DNA from: Candidatus Latescibacterota bacterium
GTDB taxonomy: Bacteria > Latescibacterota > UBA2968 > UBA8231
Length of the DNA: 64,000 bases
NCBI GenBank assembly: GCA_965206595.1
Contig: OZ242214.1
Span: forward strand, 1,920,001 to 1,984,000
Reading direction: 5' to 3'
Part shown: one piece after another, positions 1 to 9,064 of the stretch
How positions within the stretch are numbered: the stretch's first letter is position 1
Layout: every line of letters begins with the position of its first letter
Position numbers and translations under genes: made by a program
The notes under the pieces: model-generated
Database searches by the model: none
What the model was told of the DNA's origin: nothing
The model's input: the letters and a program-made list of their open reading frames with translations, nothing else

Positions 1-100
1 TATCAACCGCCCCGAACCCGTTCTCCGACAGCCATTCGGCAAATGCGTCAAAACCGGTCTCTCCGGCGAACCCGGGCGGCCGGGCGCCAACCTTCATCAT
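1..100 (-). CDS. 5' end of probable sugar phosphate isomerase/epimerase (runs off the window)
   Basis: Minus strand reads MMKVGARPPGFAGETGFDAFAEWLSENGFGAVD after a GAGGAG RBS; the xxGFxxV(D/E) start resembles xylose-isomerase-like TIM barrels. Confidence 0.45.
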   Translation of the reverse strand, partial: MMKVGARPPGFAGETGFDAFAEWLSENGFGAVD

Positions 101-176
101 TGCTCTCGCTCCTCGTGGGGTTTATTGCGGATCTCAGCTGCGCCTGTCTCCAATCGTATCGGACCGGCTTCCGGCA

Positions 177-1346
177 TTACCGCCCTCTTTCTCGACCCTC
201 GCTTCCGGGGTTGAGCCATTGGCTGGCGACCAGCGAGAGCAGGGCCAGAAACGCACCGATGAAGAAAATCACGCGATAGCCAAAGTAATGCCATGCAAAC
301 CCACCCAGCAACGGCGCTGCTACAGCGGCGAAGTGATTCATCGTCACCCCCATCGACAGCGTCGGCTTGAGGTCTTCCACGAGGGCGATTTTGTTTAAAT
401 AAGTGGTCAGCGCGATAGCGCCGAAGAAAATCAGGTTGTCGATACAGTAGAGGACGTAAAGGATCGGCCGGTTTTCGATGATGCCGTACCCGACAAAGAC
501 GAAGATCACCAGAAAATAGCCGATGCTGAGCATCTGGCGTTCCCCCCGTAAATCGACGAGGCGTCCAATCATGGGAGCGGAAATTGTAATCAGTACCTGG
601 TTGATCAGCACCAGGACCATGGTGGTCTCCACCGGCATCCCGTGAACCTTGACGAGTGCAAAAATCGCGAAGGTGATGAACATCTGCCGTCGGCACCCTT
701 CGAGAAACTGAAGCAGGTAGTAGAGGCCATAGCGGCGTTTGAGCACGAACCCCTTCTCTTCAACCCCGGAATGTCCCCGCGAGGCGAAAAAAAGCGCCAA
801 GCCTCCGAGGATGGTAGCTGCACCCGCGAGGATGTACATGCCTTCATAACTGATCCGCTCCAATAGGACCATGCAGGCGCCGATGGTGATAAACCAGGCG
901 ACGCTGTTTATGCCGCGCAGCTGGCCGAGCCACCTCCCCTTTCCTCCGGGCGGGGAGAAGCGCAGGGCCAAGGTAGATTCCATCGGGAGCCAGCAGTGGA
1001 AACCGATGCTCCACACCAACGAATAGACGGCCAGCTTCGGCACCGAGCTCACGTCGGCATACGCCATCAGACCCACCCCCATGATCGCCAGCCCCACTCC
1101 GGCAACCAGTGAGGGGGCCAAGCGAATCATCAAGGCGATGAAAAGGGCATTCAGAAAACCGGGAATCTCCCGAAGCGACTCCACCCAACCGAGTTCGTGT
1201 GCGTCGATGTCCAGGCGCTCGACGATGAAGTTGTTGAACAAGGTCAGCTGGACGCCGAAAAAGATGCCGACACCGAAAACGGCCGTTGCCAGCAGCGTAA
1301 AGTCGCGATTCCACTCGGAGAATGGAGTGTTCCGGAGCAGGCGCAT
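177..1346 (-). CDS. MFS transporter
   Basis: 389 aa, about 12 hydrophobic segments, GRLVDLRGER motif-A-like loop. Confidence 0.85.
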   Translation of the reverse strand: MRLLRNTPFSEWNRDFTLLATAVFGVGIFFGVQLTLFNNFIVERLDIDAHELGWVESLREIPGFLNALFIALMIRLAPSLVAGVGLAIMGVGLMAYADVSSVPKLAVYSLVWSIGFHCWLPMESTLALRFSPPGGKGRWLGQLRGINSVAWFITIGACMVLLERISYEGMYILAGAATILGGLALFFASRGHSGVEEKGFVLKRRYGLYYLLQFLEGCRRQMFITFAIFALVKVHGMPVETTMVLVLINQVLITISAPMIGRLVDLRGERQMLSIGYFLVIFVFVGYGIIENRPILYVLYCIDNLIFFGAIALTTYLNKIALVEDLKPTLSMGVTMNHFAAVAAPLLGGFAWHYFGYRVIFFIGAFLALLSLVASQWLNPGSEGRERGR

Positions 1347-1625
1347 CAGTCCCCGCCTTCAAGGCGGGCAGAAATGAACATCGAAGGGTTGTTTCGAAGG
1401 GAGGTTTAAAGGAACAAGCCGAGGTGCAGGTGCTTTTCAGCCGATGCCCGGGACCATTCTGCTCCCGGTTCGAGGTGCACTTTGGGGACTAATCAGAGAA
1501 TGTCTTGGGGGAGCCCAAGGCATTGCGGCAGGCAACCAGAATCGATGGGAACGGATCTGCAGCCTGGCTCTGGAGCACCTAGTTCTCGAAAATTAAGGCT
1601 TCCCCCTCAACAAGGAGAAGGGTTC

Positions 1626-2369
1626 GTGAAAGATGAACGTGTATTTGTAGGAGATCTGACGCGCAAGGAGTTTCGGGAGCGCATGCAGGCGGGCACAATA
1701 CAGGCAGCAATCGTTCCTACGGGTGCTACCGAGCAGCACAACGAACATCTGGAGATGGTACACGACATCCTGCATTGTGCTCACATGGCTGAACAGGCAG
1801 CCAGGCGCCTGCTGCCGCGGGTCGTGGTTGCTTCTCCCATATCGATCGGTGTATCCGAGCACTGGATGGAGCACATCGGAACCCTCACGGTCAGGCCCGA
1901 GATTTTCTGCGAGTACGTGTTCGACGTCTGCCGCTCCCTGCAGAGGGCCGGTATCGGGAACATCCTCATTCTGAACGGCCACGGAGGCAACGTAAAGCCG
2001 CTGATGAGACGAATAGACGAGTACCGGGACAAGCTGAAAATCAACCTGAGGTTCCAGTCCTACTGGGACGTGTACGATCCGGAGCTAGTTCAACAGACCA
2101 TGGAACTGGGAAGATTGCCAGGTCACGCCGGCGAGTACGAAACCTCGACCATGTATGTTCTGGCCCCGGAAAGGGTTCATACCGAGGATATCGTCGACGA
2201 GGGTGGAGTCTTGGCAACTCGCGAAAAAGGAGAGCGCCTGATCGAGCCGGTGATCGCCGGGGTAGCCCGGATCCTGGAACAGATGATCGCCGGCGAGAAA
2301 GTCGACTGTCCACCGAAGACCTTCGGACCCGAAGGACCTCTCCACATGATGACAGGAGAGCCTCTGTAG
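1626..2369 (+). CDS. Creatininase / creatinine amidohydrolase family protein
   Basis: PTGATEQHNEHL, GVSEHW..GTL, LNGHGGN and HAGEYETS motifs; GTG start after AGGAG. Confidence 0.88.
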   Translation: MKDERVFVGDLTRKEFRERMQAGTIQAAIVPTGATEQHNEHLEMVHDILHCAHMAEQAARRLLPRVVVASPISIGVSEHWMEHIGTLTVRPEIFCEYVFDVCRSLQRAGIGNILILNGHGGNVKPLMRRIDEYRDKLKINLRFQSYWDVYDPELVQQTMELGRLPGHAGEYETSTMYVLAPERVHTEDIVDEGGVLATREKGERLIEPVIAGVARILEQMIAGEKVDCPPKTFGPEGPLHMMTGEPL

Positions 2370-2528
2370 GAAACTGCATAGCGGTTTTTCCCTGTGTTTG
2401 CCAATCGGCTCGTGCCGGTGTTATTTTGGATTCCACTTTCCTTCCTCATCCGACATCCCTTCCTGCATCGCGCTGCCTTCCCCGGGAATCCGCGACGAAC
2501 CAGGCTCGCTGAAACCGGAACCTCCTGC

Positions 2529-3299
2529 GTGGAAACGATCGTTGCCGCCATAATTGCCGGCCTGCTCCTGCTCTGGGGGGGCGTCTTGGCACTCCTGAAA
2601 ATGGTGGAGCGCTTCGAGAGCAAGCATGTTCTCGGAATCGGTGCGTACACCACTGCAGTCGCCGGACTGGTAATGGGCCTCGTCCTCTTCATTGCTCATG
2701 AGCGTCAGCGGGAACACCGGCGCGAACTGCAGGAGCAGATGGAGGGGGTTACTGAACGACTTGGCGATCTCAGTGAGCGCCTGGTCAGCCAACTGGCGGA
2801 GAAGGCAGACCTGACCGCCTCCGAATTCGAGGTGCGCTCTCGCCTCCAGAGCGAGAAGGTCGCCCATAAGCAGACCCGGGACACACTTGGGGAGTTGGGT
2901 GCGCGATACGGCGAACTCAAGGCGAAACTGGAGAAAGAACGCCGTGCTCGCCTGCAGTACCAGGAGGGGCAGAACGAGAAGGCGGAGGAGCGCTTCCGAA
3001 AAGAGGAGGAGCGCTACGAGGGGATTCGCGAGGTTCTCGACCTTCACCGGGGCACGACGAAGGGGATGCAGAAGCAACTAGCACACATTCAGGATGAGGC
3101 CGCCCGCATCCAGAAGCAGGTGTCGGGATTGAGCGCCAGTCAGAACAGCCTGATCGGCAAGGTGAGTTCAACCGCAGAGGTCCAGGACCTGAACACCCGA
3201 AAGATCGACGCCGTGGCCCGGAGCCAGGCTTCACTTTACCGCGACATGGCGCGAACCATGGCGCAGGTCGACAGTCTTTACAGATGGAAAAGAAAGTAG
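2529..3299 (+). CDS. Hypothetical protein with two N-terminal TM helices and a long coiled coil
   Basis: Two hydrophobic helices followed by about 190 aa of E/R/K/Q-rich heptad sequence; start uncertain (ORF open from 2394). Confidence 0.7.
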   Translation: METIVAAIIAGLLLLWGGVLALLKMVERFESKHVLGIGAYTTAVAGLVMGLVLFIAHERQREHRRELQEQMEGVTERLGDLSERLVSQLAEKADLTASEFEVRSRLQSEKVAHKQTRDTLGELGARYGELKAKLEKERRARLQYQEGQNEKAEERFRKEEERYEGIREVLDLHRGTTKGMQKQLAHIQDEAARIQKQVSGLSASQNSLIGKVSSTAEVQDLNTRKIDAVARSQASLYRDMARTMAQVDSLYRWKRK

Positions 3300-3328
3300 C
3301 CCCGGTTCCTTATTGCGTGGAGAAACAG

Positions 3329-4165
3329 ATGCGTGTCTTCTGGAGAAGCGGTATTGCCGTCCCCTTTGCAAGTGCGGTTTTGTTGACGTTGTCCTGCGGA
3401 CCTTCCGAGGAAGAGATCCTGTTTGCCGAGCTGCAGGAGGATTTGACCAAAGCCAACACGACCATCGACAGCCTGAACTACACAGTCGAATCTTCGAATA
3501 TGCTTATCGACGATATGAGATCCCGCGTCGACAGCCTGCAGCGGGTTGACACCAAGCTGCTGCAGTCGGTTCAGCGCCTCAACAAGGCGGTCAAGAAATG
3601 GCGGGATCTCGCCCGGGATCACAAGCGCAAGAACGAGCAGCTCACCGCGGAGATCCGGAATCTCAAGCGCGAAAAACAGGCGGATATTCAGACCATCTCC
3701 AAGCTGCGACGGCAGGCCGACAGCCTGAACGCGACCTTGCTCGATGCCCATACCAGCATCCGGAGGCAGGAGGACCACATTCGGCGCATGGAAGTCGATC
3801 TCGTCCGTGCCCGGGAGGACGCTGCCGCCTTGCGACGGGCGCAAACTTCGGTGCGTGTCTATGCGGCGACCGAATCTTTTCTGGAAGAGAACAGCTACCT
3901 GAAGTCCTCGCGGGCCTTCCGCCGGGGTTTTCGAAAGTCGTTCAAGATGACGAAGAAACCGGAGCCGAACGACCTCTCGGTCAAGCTGGTAAAAGTAGGA
4001 GAGACACTGATGCTCGAAGGGGAGGTAAAGGCCCTGGTCGATCGGTACGGTTCGCTCAAGAAAGGGGATGATTACAAGTTGGACCGGAGCGAGGGAATGG
4101 CGATCCTGACTTTCTCCAACGAGATGCTTGGCGGCGCCGATGTGCTCGCCATAATGAAAGAGTAA
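3329..4165 (+). CDS. Coiled-coil lipoprotein
   Basis: Signal peptide ending in lipobox-like LTLSC, GGAG RBS, long coiled coil, beta-rich C-terminal domain. Confidence 0.72.
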   Translation: MRVFWRSGIAVPFASAVLLTLSCGPSEEEILFAELQEDLTKANTTIDSLNYTVESSNMLIDDMRSRVDSLQRVDTKLLQSVQRLNKAVKKWRDLARDHKRKNEQLTAEIRNLKREKQADIQTISKLRRQADSLNATLLDAHTSIRRQEDHIRRMEVDLVRAREDAAALRRAQTSVRVYAATESFLEENSYLKSSRAFRRGFRKSFKMTKKPEPNDLSVKLVKVGETLMLEGEVKALVDRYGSLKKGDDYKLDRSEGMAILTFSNEMLGGADVLAIMKE

Positions 4166-4235
4166 ACGAACAGCCGAATAATCCTCGCTCCACATTCAGT
4201 CCCGTCGTGGCGAGTCCCATCGGCGGCGGGACTGC

Positions 4236-4655
4236 TTACCAGCCGTGAACGAACACGGCTGTTCTCACCTTCTCCCCCGATTGATCCGTCGATAGAAGTG
4301 AATCGGCGTACGCGGCATGGCGCACGATCTGCTCGCGGCTGCCGCCTCGCCGAAACAGGTGAAGGTCCGCTTCCGGGTCGCTGATCAGCGAGGCTACCTG
4401 GCGGCGAAAGTCCGCTTCGTTCATGCGGCGCAGGATTTTCGTTCCGTCCGACGACAGCCCGAACCCGTGGTCGCCGTAGACGACGACCACGTCCCCCGTC
4501 CTCGGATCCTGTTTGTGAACCCGCCAAACCGGCTTGGATACGTTGAGAATCATGATGCCGAGGCAGAGTGTCAGCATCATGATGCCGAGAAACAGCTCTT
4601 TGCTGATGTCGTGTTCAACTACATCGGCGTCGACCTTACGCAGGAAGCGGCTCAC
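4236..4655 (-). CDS. Single-TM small protein, putative atypical ExbD/TolR-like partner
   Basis: One TM (SKELFLGIMMLTLCLGIMILNV) with an acidic residue at its start; GTGA overlap with the upstream channel gene. Confidence 0.55.
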   Translation of the reverse strand: MSRFLRKVDADVVEHDISKELFLGIMMLTLCLGIMILNVSKPVWRVHKQDPRTGDVVVVYGDHGFGLSSDGTKILRRMNEADFRRQVASLISDPEADLHLFRRGGSREQIVRHAAYADSLLSTDQSGEKVRTAVFVHGW

Positions 4656-5428
4656 GCCTGCGCTCCTTCATCGCGAGCCTGGAGCCACATCTCCTCGAGC
4701 CTGCCCAGCCGCCGGATCAGGTAGTCGGTGGCTTTGCGAAGCGGCAGAAAAGCGAGCAGTGCTACCAATGTAGTCTGGAAAGCGAGGACAAGGCCGTTCG
4801 CCATGGAGCTCAGCACCTTGAAGGTTTCCGTCGCCTCGTTGATGAAACCCAGTTGCTGCGCCATCAGCAAAATACCGCACACGGTTCCGAGGTAGCCATA
4901 GAAGGGAATCCGCGATAGATCGTTGCGGACATTCAACAGCGGCGTTCCCAGCACCCCAACAAGCTCTTCGAGCGCCTCGTCATCCCGCATCCTGATGTCC
5001 GCGTAATGCTGGTGACCGCGCCGGAATTTCGACAGGGCTTGCTGGCGCTGGTAGGCCAGTGTTTCCCGCGGAGGATCTTCCCTGGATGCCCAGGCAGCCT
5101 CTTCTGACTGCAAGTGCAAGGCGGTGCGTATCAGAACCAGCAGATGGCCGGAAGCCGCGCCGGTTACCAGTAAATACGATCCGCGCCCCACCCACTCGAT
5201 GAGGTTGAAGCGGGCCGTCTGGGAGGCGAAGTAAAGGACGATGGCGCCGATTGTCAGTCCGGAAAGGGCTCCCAGAACGCTGGCTATTTCTCGCAGCCGG
5301 GGGGTGACGATTCCGTACTCCCGCTCGCGTCGAGAAATTTCGCGGGCACGGAGCAGCAACACGAGGCTGCCACTGGCCCCACAGGCCAAAAGGAACAGGA
5401 CGGCGACGACGTAGGAAAGCCAGTTCAC
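4652..5428 (-). CDS. MotA/TolQ/ExbB proton channel family protein
   Basis: PFYGYLGTVCGI and GLVLAFQTTLVAL match the two channel-helix signatures; three extra N-terminal TMs; GTG start overlaps upstream TGA. Confidence 0.8.
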   Translation of the reverse strand: MNWLSYVVAVLFLLACGASGSLVLLLRAREISRREREYGIVTPRLREIASVLGALSGLTIGAIVLYFASQTARFNLIEWVGRGSYLLVTGAASGHLLVLIRTALHLQSEEAAWASREDPPRETLAYQRQQALSKFRRGHQHYADIRMRDDEALEELVGVLGTPLLNVRNDLSRIPFYGYLGTVCGILLMAQQLGFINEATETFKVLSSMANGLVLAFQTTLVALLAFLPLRKATDYLIRRLGRLEEMWLQARDEGAQA

Positions 5429-6708
5429 GAGCTTTCCCAAACCCCAGCTTCCTTCGAGGTCGATTCCGCGCGGAACAGCTTCCACCACCGGTGGGACGCT
5501 GCCCCGGTGTAGACAGACAGTATAGTGAACACCAGCAACAACCGGGCGTTGGGTTCGTCTCTCCCAATCCCGAGGGCTTCCCCTGCTGGGGGCGTGGCGA
5601 CCGGACGACCACCCTGCGGTCCGAGGTCGCGGGGAGGCTGATAATCGAGACGGCGGTCTTCCTCCCCCTTTCCCGACCGGAGTGTAAACTCCTGGTGCGT
5701 CGCCGCGGACACCCCCTTCAACTGGCGCGCCGGCCGCAGGACGAGTTTGCGGTCGTCCTGGGGCAGAAGCTTCACCCATTTTAGCAGTCGGGCTGAAGTT
5801 GCCACGCTTGCCAGCTCTTCGGAAAGGGGCTCGCTCCTTCCGAGGCTGTAGGCAATCGGCGAGCGATGGGAACCCCTGAACCGCAAGTACGGCTCAACCC
5901 AGGTGTGCCTCTGCTCCAGGGCTTGTGCCAATCGGCGGCGCTCCTGCTGGAGATGGGCAAGGCGGCTGATCGCGACGTGGAAATCCATCGGCTGTTCTTT
6001 TCCCCAGGTGGGGGGCAGGCCGGGAACTGGCGCCCTGCGGTTTCCGGCTGCGCGAACATCCTCGGCAGAGAAGCGTGCACTCAGCCAGATCTCCCCGAAA
6101 AGCTTCTCCCCCCAGACGACCTTTGCTTCGGGGATATCCGGTTGTGCGTGGGTGTAGAAAATTTCCTCGGCCATCTGGTTACCGCTCCCCCCCTTCCCCC
6201 GCTTCCAACTCCCTTCACGAGTCGTTACCACCGGACTCAGGCCGCCGTCGCTCCATTCGACGTAGAGACCTGCCATGAAACCGCTCTCCACCCGGTCCGT
6301 GTCCCAGCAGTGGGCCTGCAAGAGGTTGTTTTTTCGCAGATAGAACTCGGGAATCTCTACTCGTGTCGGGATCAAACGGGTAGCGCTGACCGGGGTACCG
6401 TTGAGGAACAACTCCGCTTCGTCATCCGCCCAGAACAACAGCACGAGTTGTGCGTCGTTCGGCAGCAGGTTCCTGGGGGCGGATTTCTTGGTGAGCTCAT
6501 CGACGCTGTCGGGACCGAGTTGCCGCATGATCGTGTCGACGGCCGCGGCCACAGCATTGTACTGCCGCCGCAGCGACAGGCTCTCGCCGTCAACCCAATC
6601 CGTCCGATGGCGACCCCCGGCGCCCGAACTCGCGTCGATGACGACCGCGACGAAAAAAACCGCAAGGGAACATCCTCCCGCCAGCAACAGAAGCATCGGT
6701 CTATACAT
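5425..6708 (-). CDS. Hypothetical membrane-anchored protein with beta-sandwich (lectin/galactose-binding-like) domain
   Basis: N-terminal hydrophobic signal/TM; ADDEAELFLNG...NNLLQAHCWD...GFMAGLYV...SWK pattern; C-terminal TM followed by basic residues. Confidence 0.65.
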   Translation of the reverse strand: MYRPMLLLLAGGCSLAVFFVAVVIDASSGAGGRHRTDWVDGESLSLRRQYNAVAAAVDTIMRQLGPDSVDELTKKSAPRNLLPNDAQLVLLFWADDEAELFLNGTPVSATRLIPTRVEIPEFYLRKNNLLQAHCWDTDRVESGFMAGLYVEWSDGGLSPVVTTREGSWKRGKGGSGNQMAEEIFYTHAQPDIPEAKVVWGEKLFGEIWLSARFSAEDVRAAGNRRAPVPGLPPTWGKEQPMDFHVAISRLAHLQQERRRLAQALEQRHTWVEPYLRFRGSHRSPIAYSLGRSEPLSEELASVATSARLLKWVKLLPQDDRKLVLRPARQLKGVSAATHQEFTLRSGKGEEDRRLDYQPPRDLGPQGGRPVATPPAGEALGIGRDEPNARLLLVFTILSVYTGAASHRWWKLFRAESTSKEAGVWESS

Positions 6709-6977
6709 CAGCTTCCAGGCTATTCTGAATTTGACAAAGCTGGTGTCAGAAAAACGGTTGTGGCAAACAAACCGTACGGGAAATCGCACGAATCATTCCC
6801 CCCGAATAGCCCGGGGAAATTTGACGTTTCGCCGGATTCCAGGTGTCAGGGATTCCAATGCTCCCTAGGCGGAACCGAGCCAGTGTTCAGGTCGACTCCA
6901 TGCAGCGAAAGGTGCCGGAAATCCGTTTGCGATTCGATGTAAGCCCGAGCCGGTTACCGAGGTCGGTGGGTGAGAGG

Positions 6978-7748
6978 TCAGGTGTTCGACCTCGACTGTC
7001 CCCCGTCGACATTGATGCACGTCCCAGTCACCCAGCTGGCCCGGGGAGAAGCGAGGAAGGCGACCACCGCGGCCACCTCTTCGGGGGTTCCGAACCTGCC
7101 CGAAGGGATATTCTCCTCCACGAATTTGGCGATCCTCTCCGGGTTCTCCTTCTGGCGGCGTTCCCAGCTTCCGCCCGGGAAGACAATGGACCCGGGGGCT
7201 ACGGAATTGACGCGAATCCCCTTCTCAGCCGCTTCCCTGGCGAAATTGGCAGTCATGCTGATCATCGCCGACTTGGCGGCGTTGTAGGAGATCGGACCGC
7301 CCGTCTCTCGACCGAAAATCGAGGAGATGTTGATGATGCTGCCGCCGCCTCGCTTCTCCATGACCGGTACTGCTGCCCTTGACATGCGTACGGCCGAGAA
7401 GAAACTCAGGGAGAATACCCGGTCCCATTCGTCGTCCGTGATGTCGGCAAATGGTGTCCATACCGATCCCCCCACATTGTTGACGAGGATATCGACCCCC
7501 CCATACCGGTCGCTGGCGGCCGCGACCACGCGTTCGGACTCATCCGGGGTGGTTACGTCGGCGACTTCCGAGCCGACCTCGACCCCGGCCTCTGCAAGTT
7601 TCGCCGCGGCGGCATGCAGCGGTTCCGCGGTTCGGGCGCAGATAAACAGATCGGCTCCCTCAGCGGCCAGACAGCGTGCGATTCCAAGGCCGATGCCACG
7701 GCTGGCGCCGGTAACCAGAGCGACCTTGCCTTTCAGTTCGAGATCCAT
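6978..7748 (-). CDS. SDR family oxidoreductase
   Basis: TGASRGIG, NNVG, YNAAK catalytic motif, VDGG. Confidence 0.92.
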   Translation of the reverse strand: MDLELKGKVALVTGASRGIGLGIARCLAAEGADLFICARTAEPLHAAAAKLAEAGVEVGSEVADVTTPDESERVVAAASDRYGGVDILVNNVGGSVWTPFADITDDEWDRVFSLSFFSAVRMSRAAVPVMEKRGGGSIINISSIFGRETGGPISYNAAKSAMISMTANFAREAAEKGIRVNSVAPGSIVFPGGSWERRQKENPERIAKFVEENIPSGRFGTPEEVAAVVAFLASPRASWVTGTCINVDGGQSRSNT

Positions 7749-7766
7749 CGAATGTTCCCTTCTTTC

Positions 7767-8723
7767 CTAGGCGGGGCTTTTCAGGACGAGGAGCAGGACA
7801 TACACCACACACAGTCCGAGGAGGACGACGCCTTTCCACCTGTCGAAACGGTATCCGATCCGCATCAGCCCCAACATCGTCAAGACCACGACGAGCATGG
7901 CGGGGAACATGAAATGGATGACTTCTTCCTCCACCTTCAGGTCGTTGACGGTAGCCGAGGCTCCTGCTATCCAGCAGATGTTGAGGATATCCGCCCCGAG
8001 AATATTTCCGACCGCGACGCTCCCCTGTTTTTTGAGGGCCGAGGCGACACAGGTGGCGATTTCCGGGATCGACGTTCCCAGGGCGATCAGGCCGAGAGCG
8101 ACGACGGTCTCGGAAACTCCGAGGCCGAGAGCGACCACCTCCGCTGATTCGACGATGTACTCGCTGCTGACGACGACCCCCCCCAACCCGACGGCAAACA
8201 GCAGCAGTATCCGCAACAACGAGCGTTCCGGTACACCTTCGGGCACGTCATCCTGGCTGGGATTGCGCCGTCGCTGGACGTAAGTGAAAACCAGGTAACC
8301 GCAAAAACCGACCACGAGGAGAAGCCCTTCCCAACGCGACAAAGTGCCGTCGAAGCAAAGGGCGTAGGCAACCACATCGACGCAGATCAGGAAAACCGCC
8401 GCGGCTCTGAATACCGGCCTGTCGATCAGGACCACAACCGGTGAGAGCAGCGCGACCAGGGGAAGCGCGAGGACGTCGTCGTAGATGACCGAACCGACGG
8501 CATTCCCTAGAGCCAATTCCGACTTACCTGAAGCAGCGGCCTGTACCGAAACCGCCAGCTCGGGGGCAGTGGTTCCGATACTGACGATGACGATGCCGAT
8601 CAGGATGGCCGGTACCTGCAGGCGGCGGGCAAGATCCACGGCTCCCTCGACCATCCAGTCGGCACACTTCCCCAAGACGGCAAAACAGAGCACCATGATC
8701 CCTGCAGCAGTCCAGAAATCCAT
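7767..8723 (-). CDS. Calcium/sodium antiporter (YrbG/CaCA family)
   Basis: Two alpha repeats: GTTAPE...GNAVGS and GTSIPE...GNILGA. Confidence 0.9.
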   Translation of the reverse strand: MDFWTAAGIMVLCFAVLGKCADWMVEGAVDLARRLQVPAILIGIVIVSIGTTAPELAVSVQAAASGKSELALGNAVGSVIYDDVLALPLVALLSPVVVLIDRPVFRAAAVFLICVDVVAYALCFDGTLSRWEGLLLVVGFCGYLVFTYVQRRRNPSQDDVPEGVPERSLLRILLLFAVGLGGVVVSSEYIVESAEVVALGLGVSETVVALGLIALGTSIPEIATCVASALKKQGSVAVGNILGADILNICWIAGASATVNDLKVEEEVIHFMFPAMLVVVLTMLGLMRIGYRFDRWKGVVLLGLCVVYVLLLVLKSPA

Positions 8724-8954
8724 CGATTATCTTGTTGAAACTGAGGGAGTTACGGTGAAAGAAGAGGATTTGAAAAGGCCGCTTAGGTTAGGACCCACCT
8801 CCCCCCTTGTCAAGGGAAGGGATCTACTTTCAGATAGAAGAACAAGGGGCGGTTTCACTGATCTGCATGGCTTCGAGGTGGGAGTCAGACCGGTTTGGCA
8901 CTGCCCCCAACCAGGTATTTCCGGGTGGTTGCATCTTCGTACACACAAGTCTTT

Positions 8955-8992
8955 TTGTAATAATTATTCTTGCCAGGGCATAATTATTACCT
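8955..8992 (+). promoter_or_regulatory. Tandem ArgR (ARG) boxes upstream of argG
   Basis: TAATAATTATTC (8958-8969) and GCATAATTATTA (8978-8989), each 11/12 to G(A/C)ATAATTATTC, with a 20-bp period. Confidence 0.7.
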
Positions 8993-9064
8993 AACTTCAC
9001 CTACTTCGGAGTAGGCGAAACAAGGCCCTTACGGTCATCCCATCGAGAGGGAGAAGAAAATCAC

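Noticed and set aside
4236-6708. Zorya or flagellar MotAB assignment for the proton-channel trio
   Set aside because: The channel lacks the long ZorA tail, the partner lacks an OmpA-like PG-binding domain, and there are no ZorC/D/E or flagellar genes nearby
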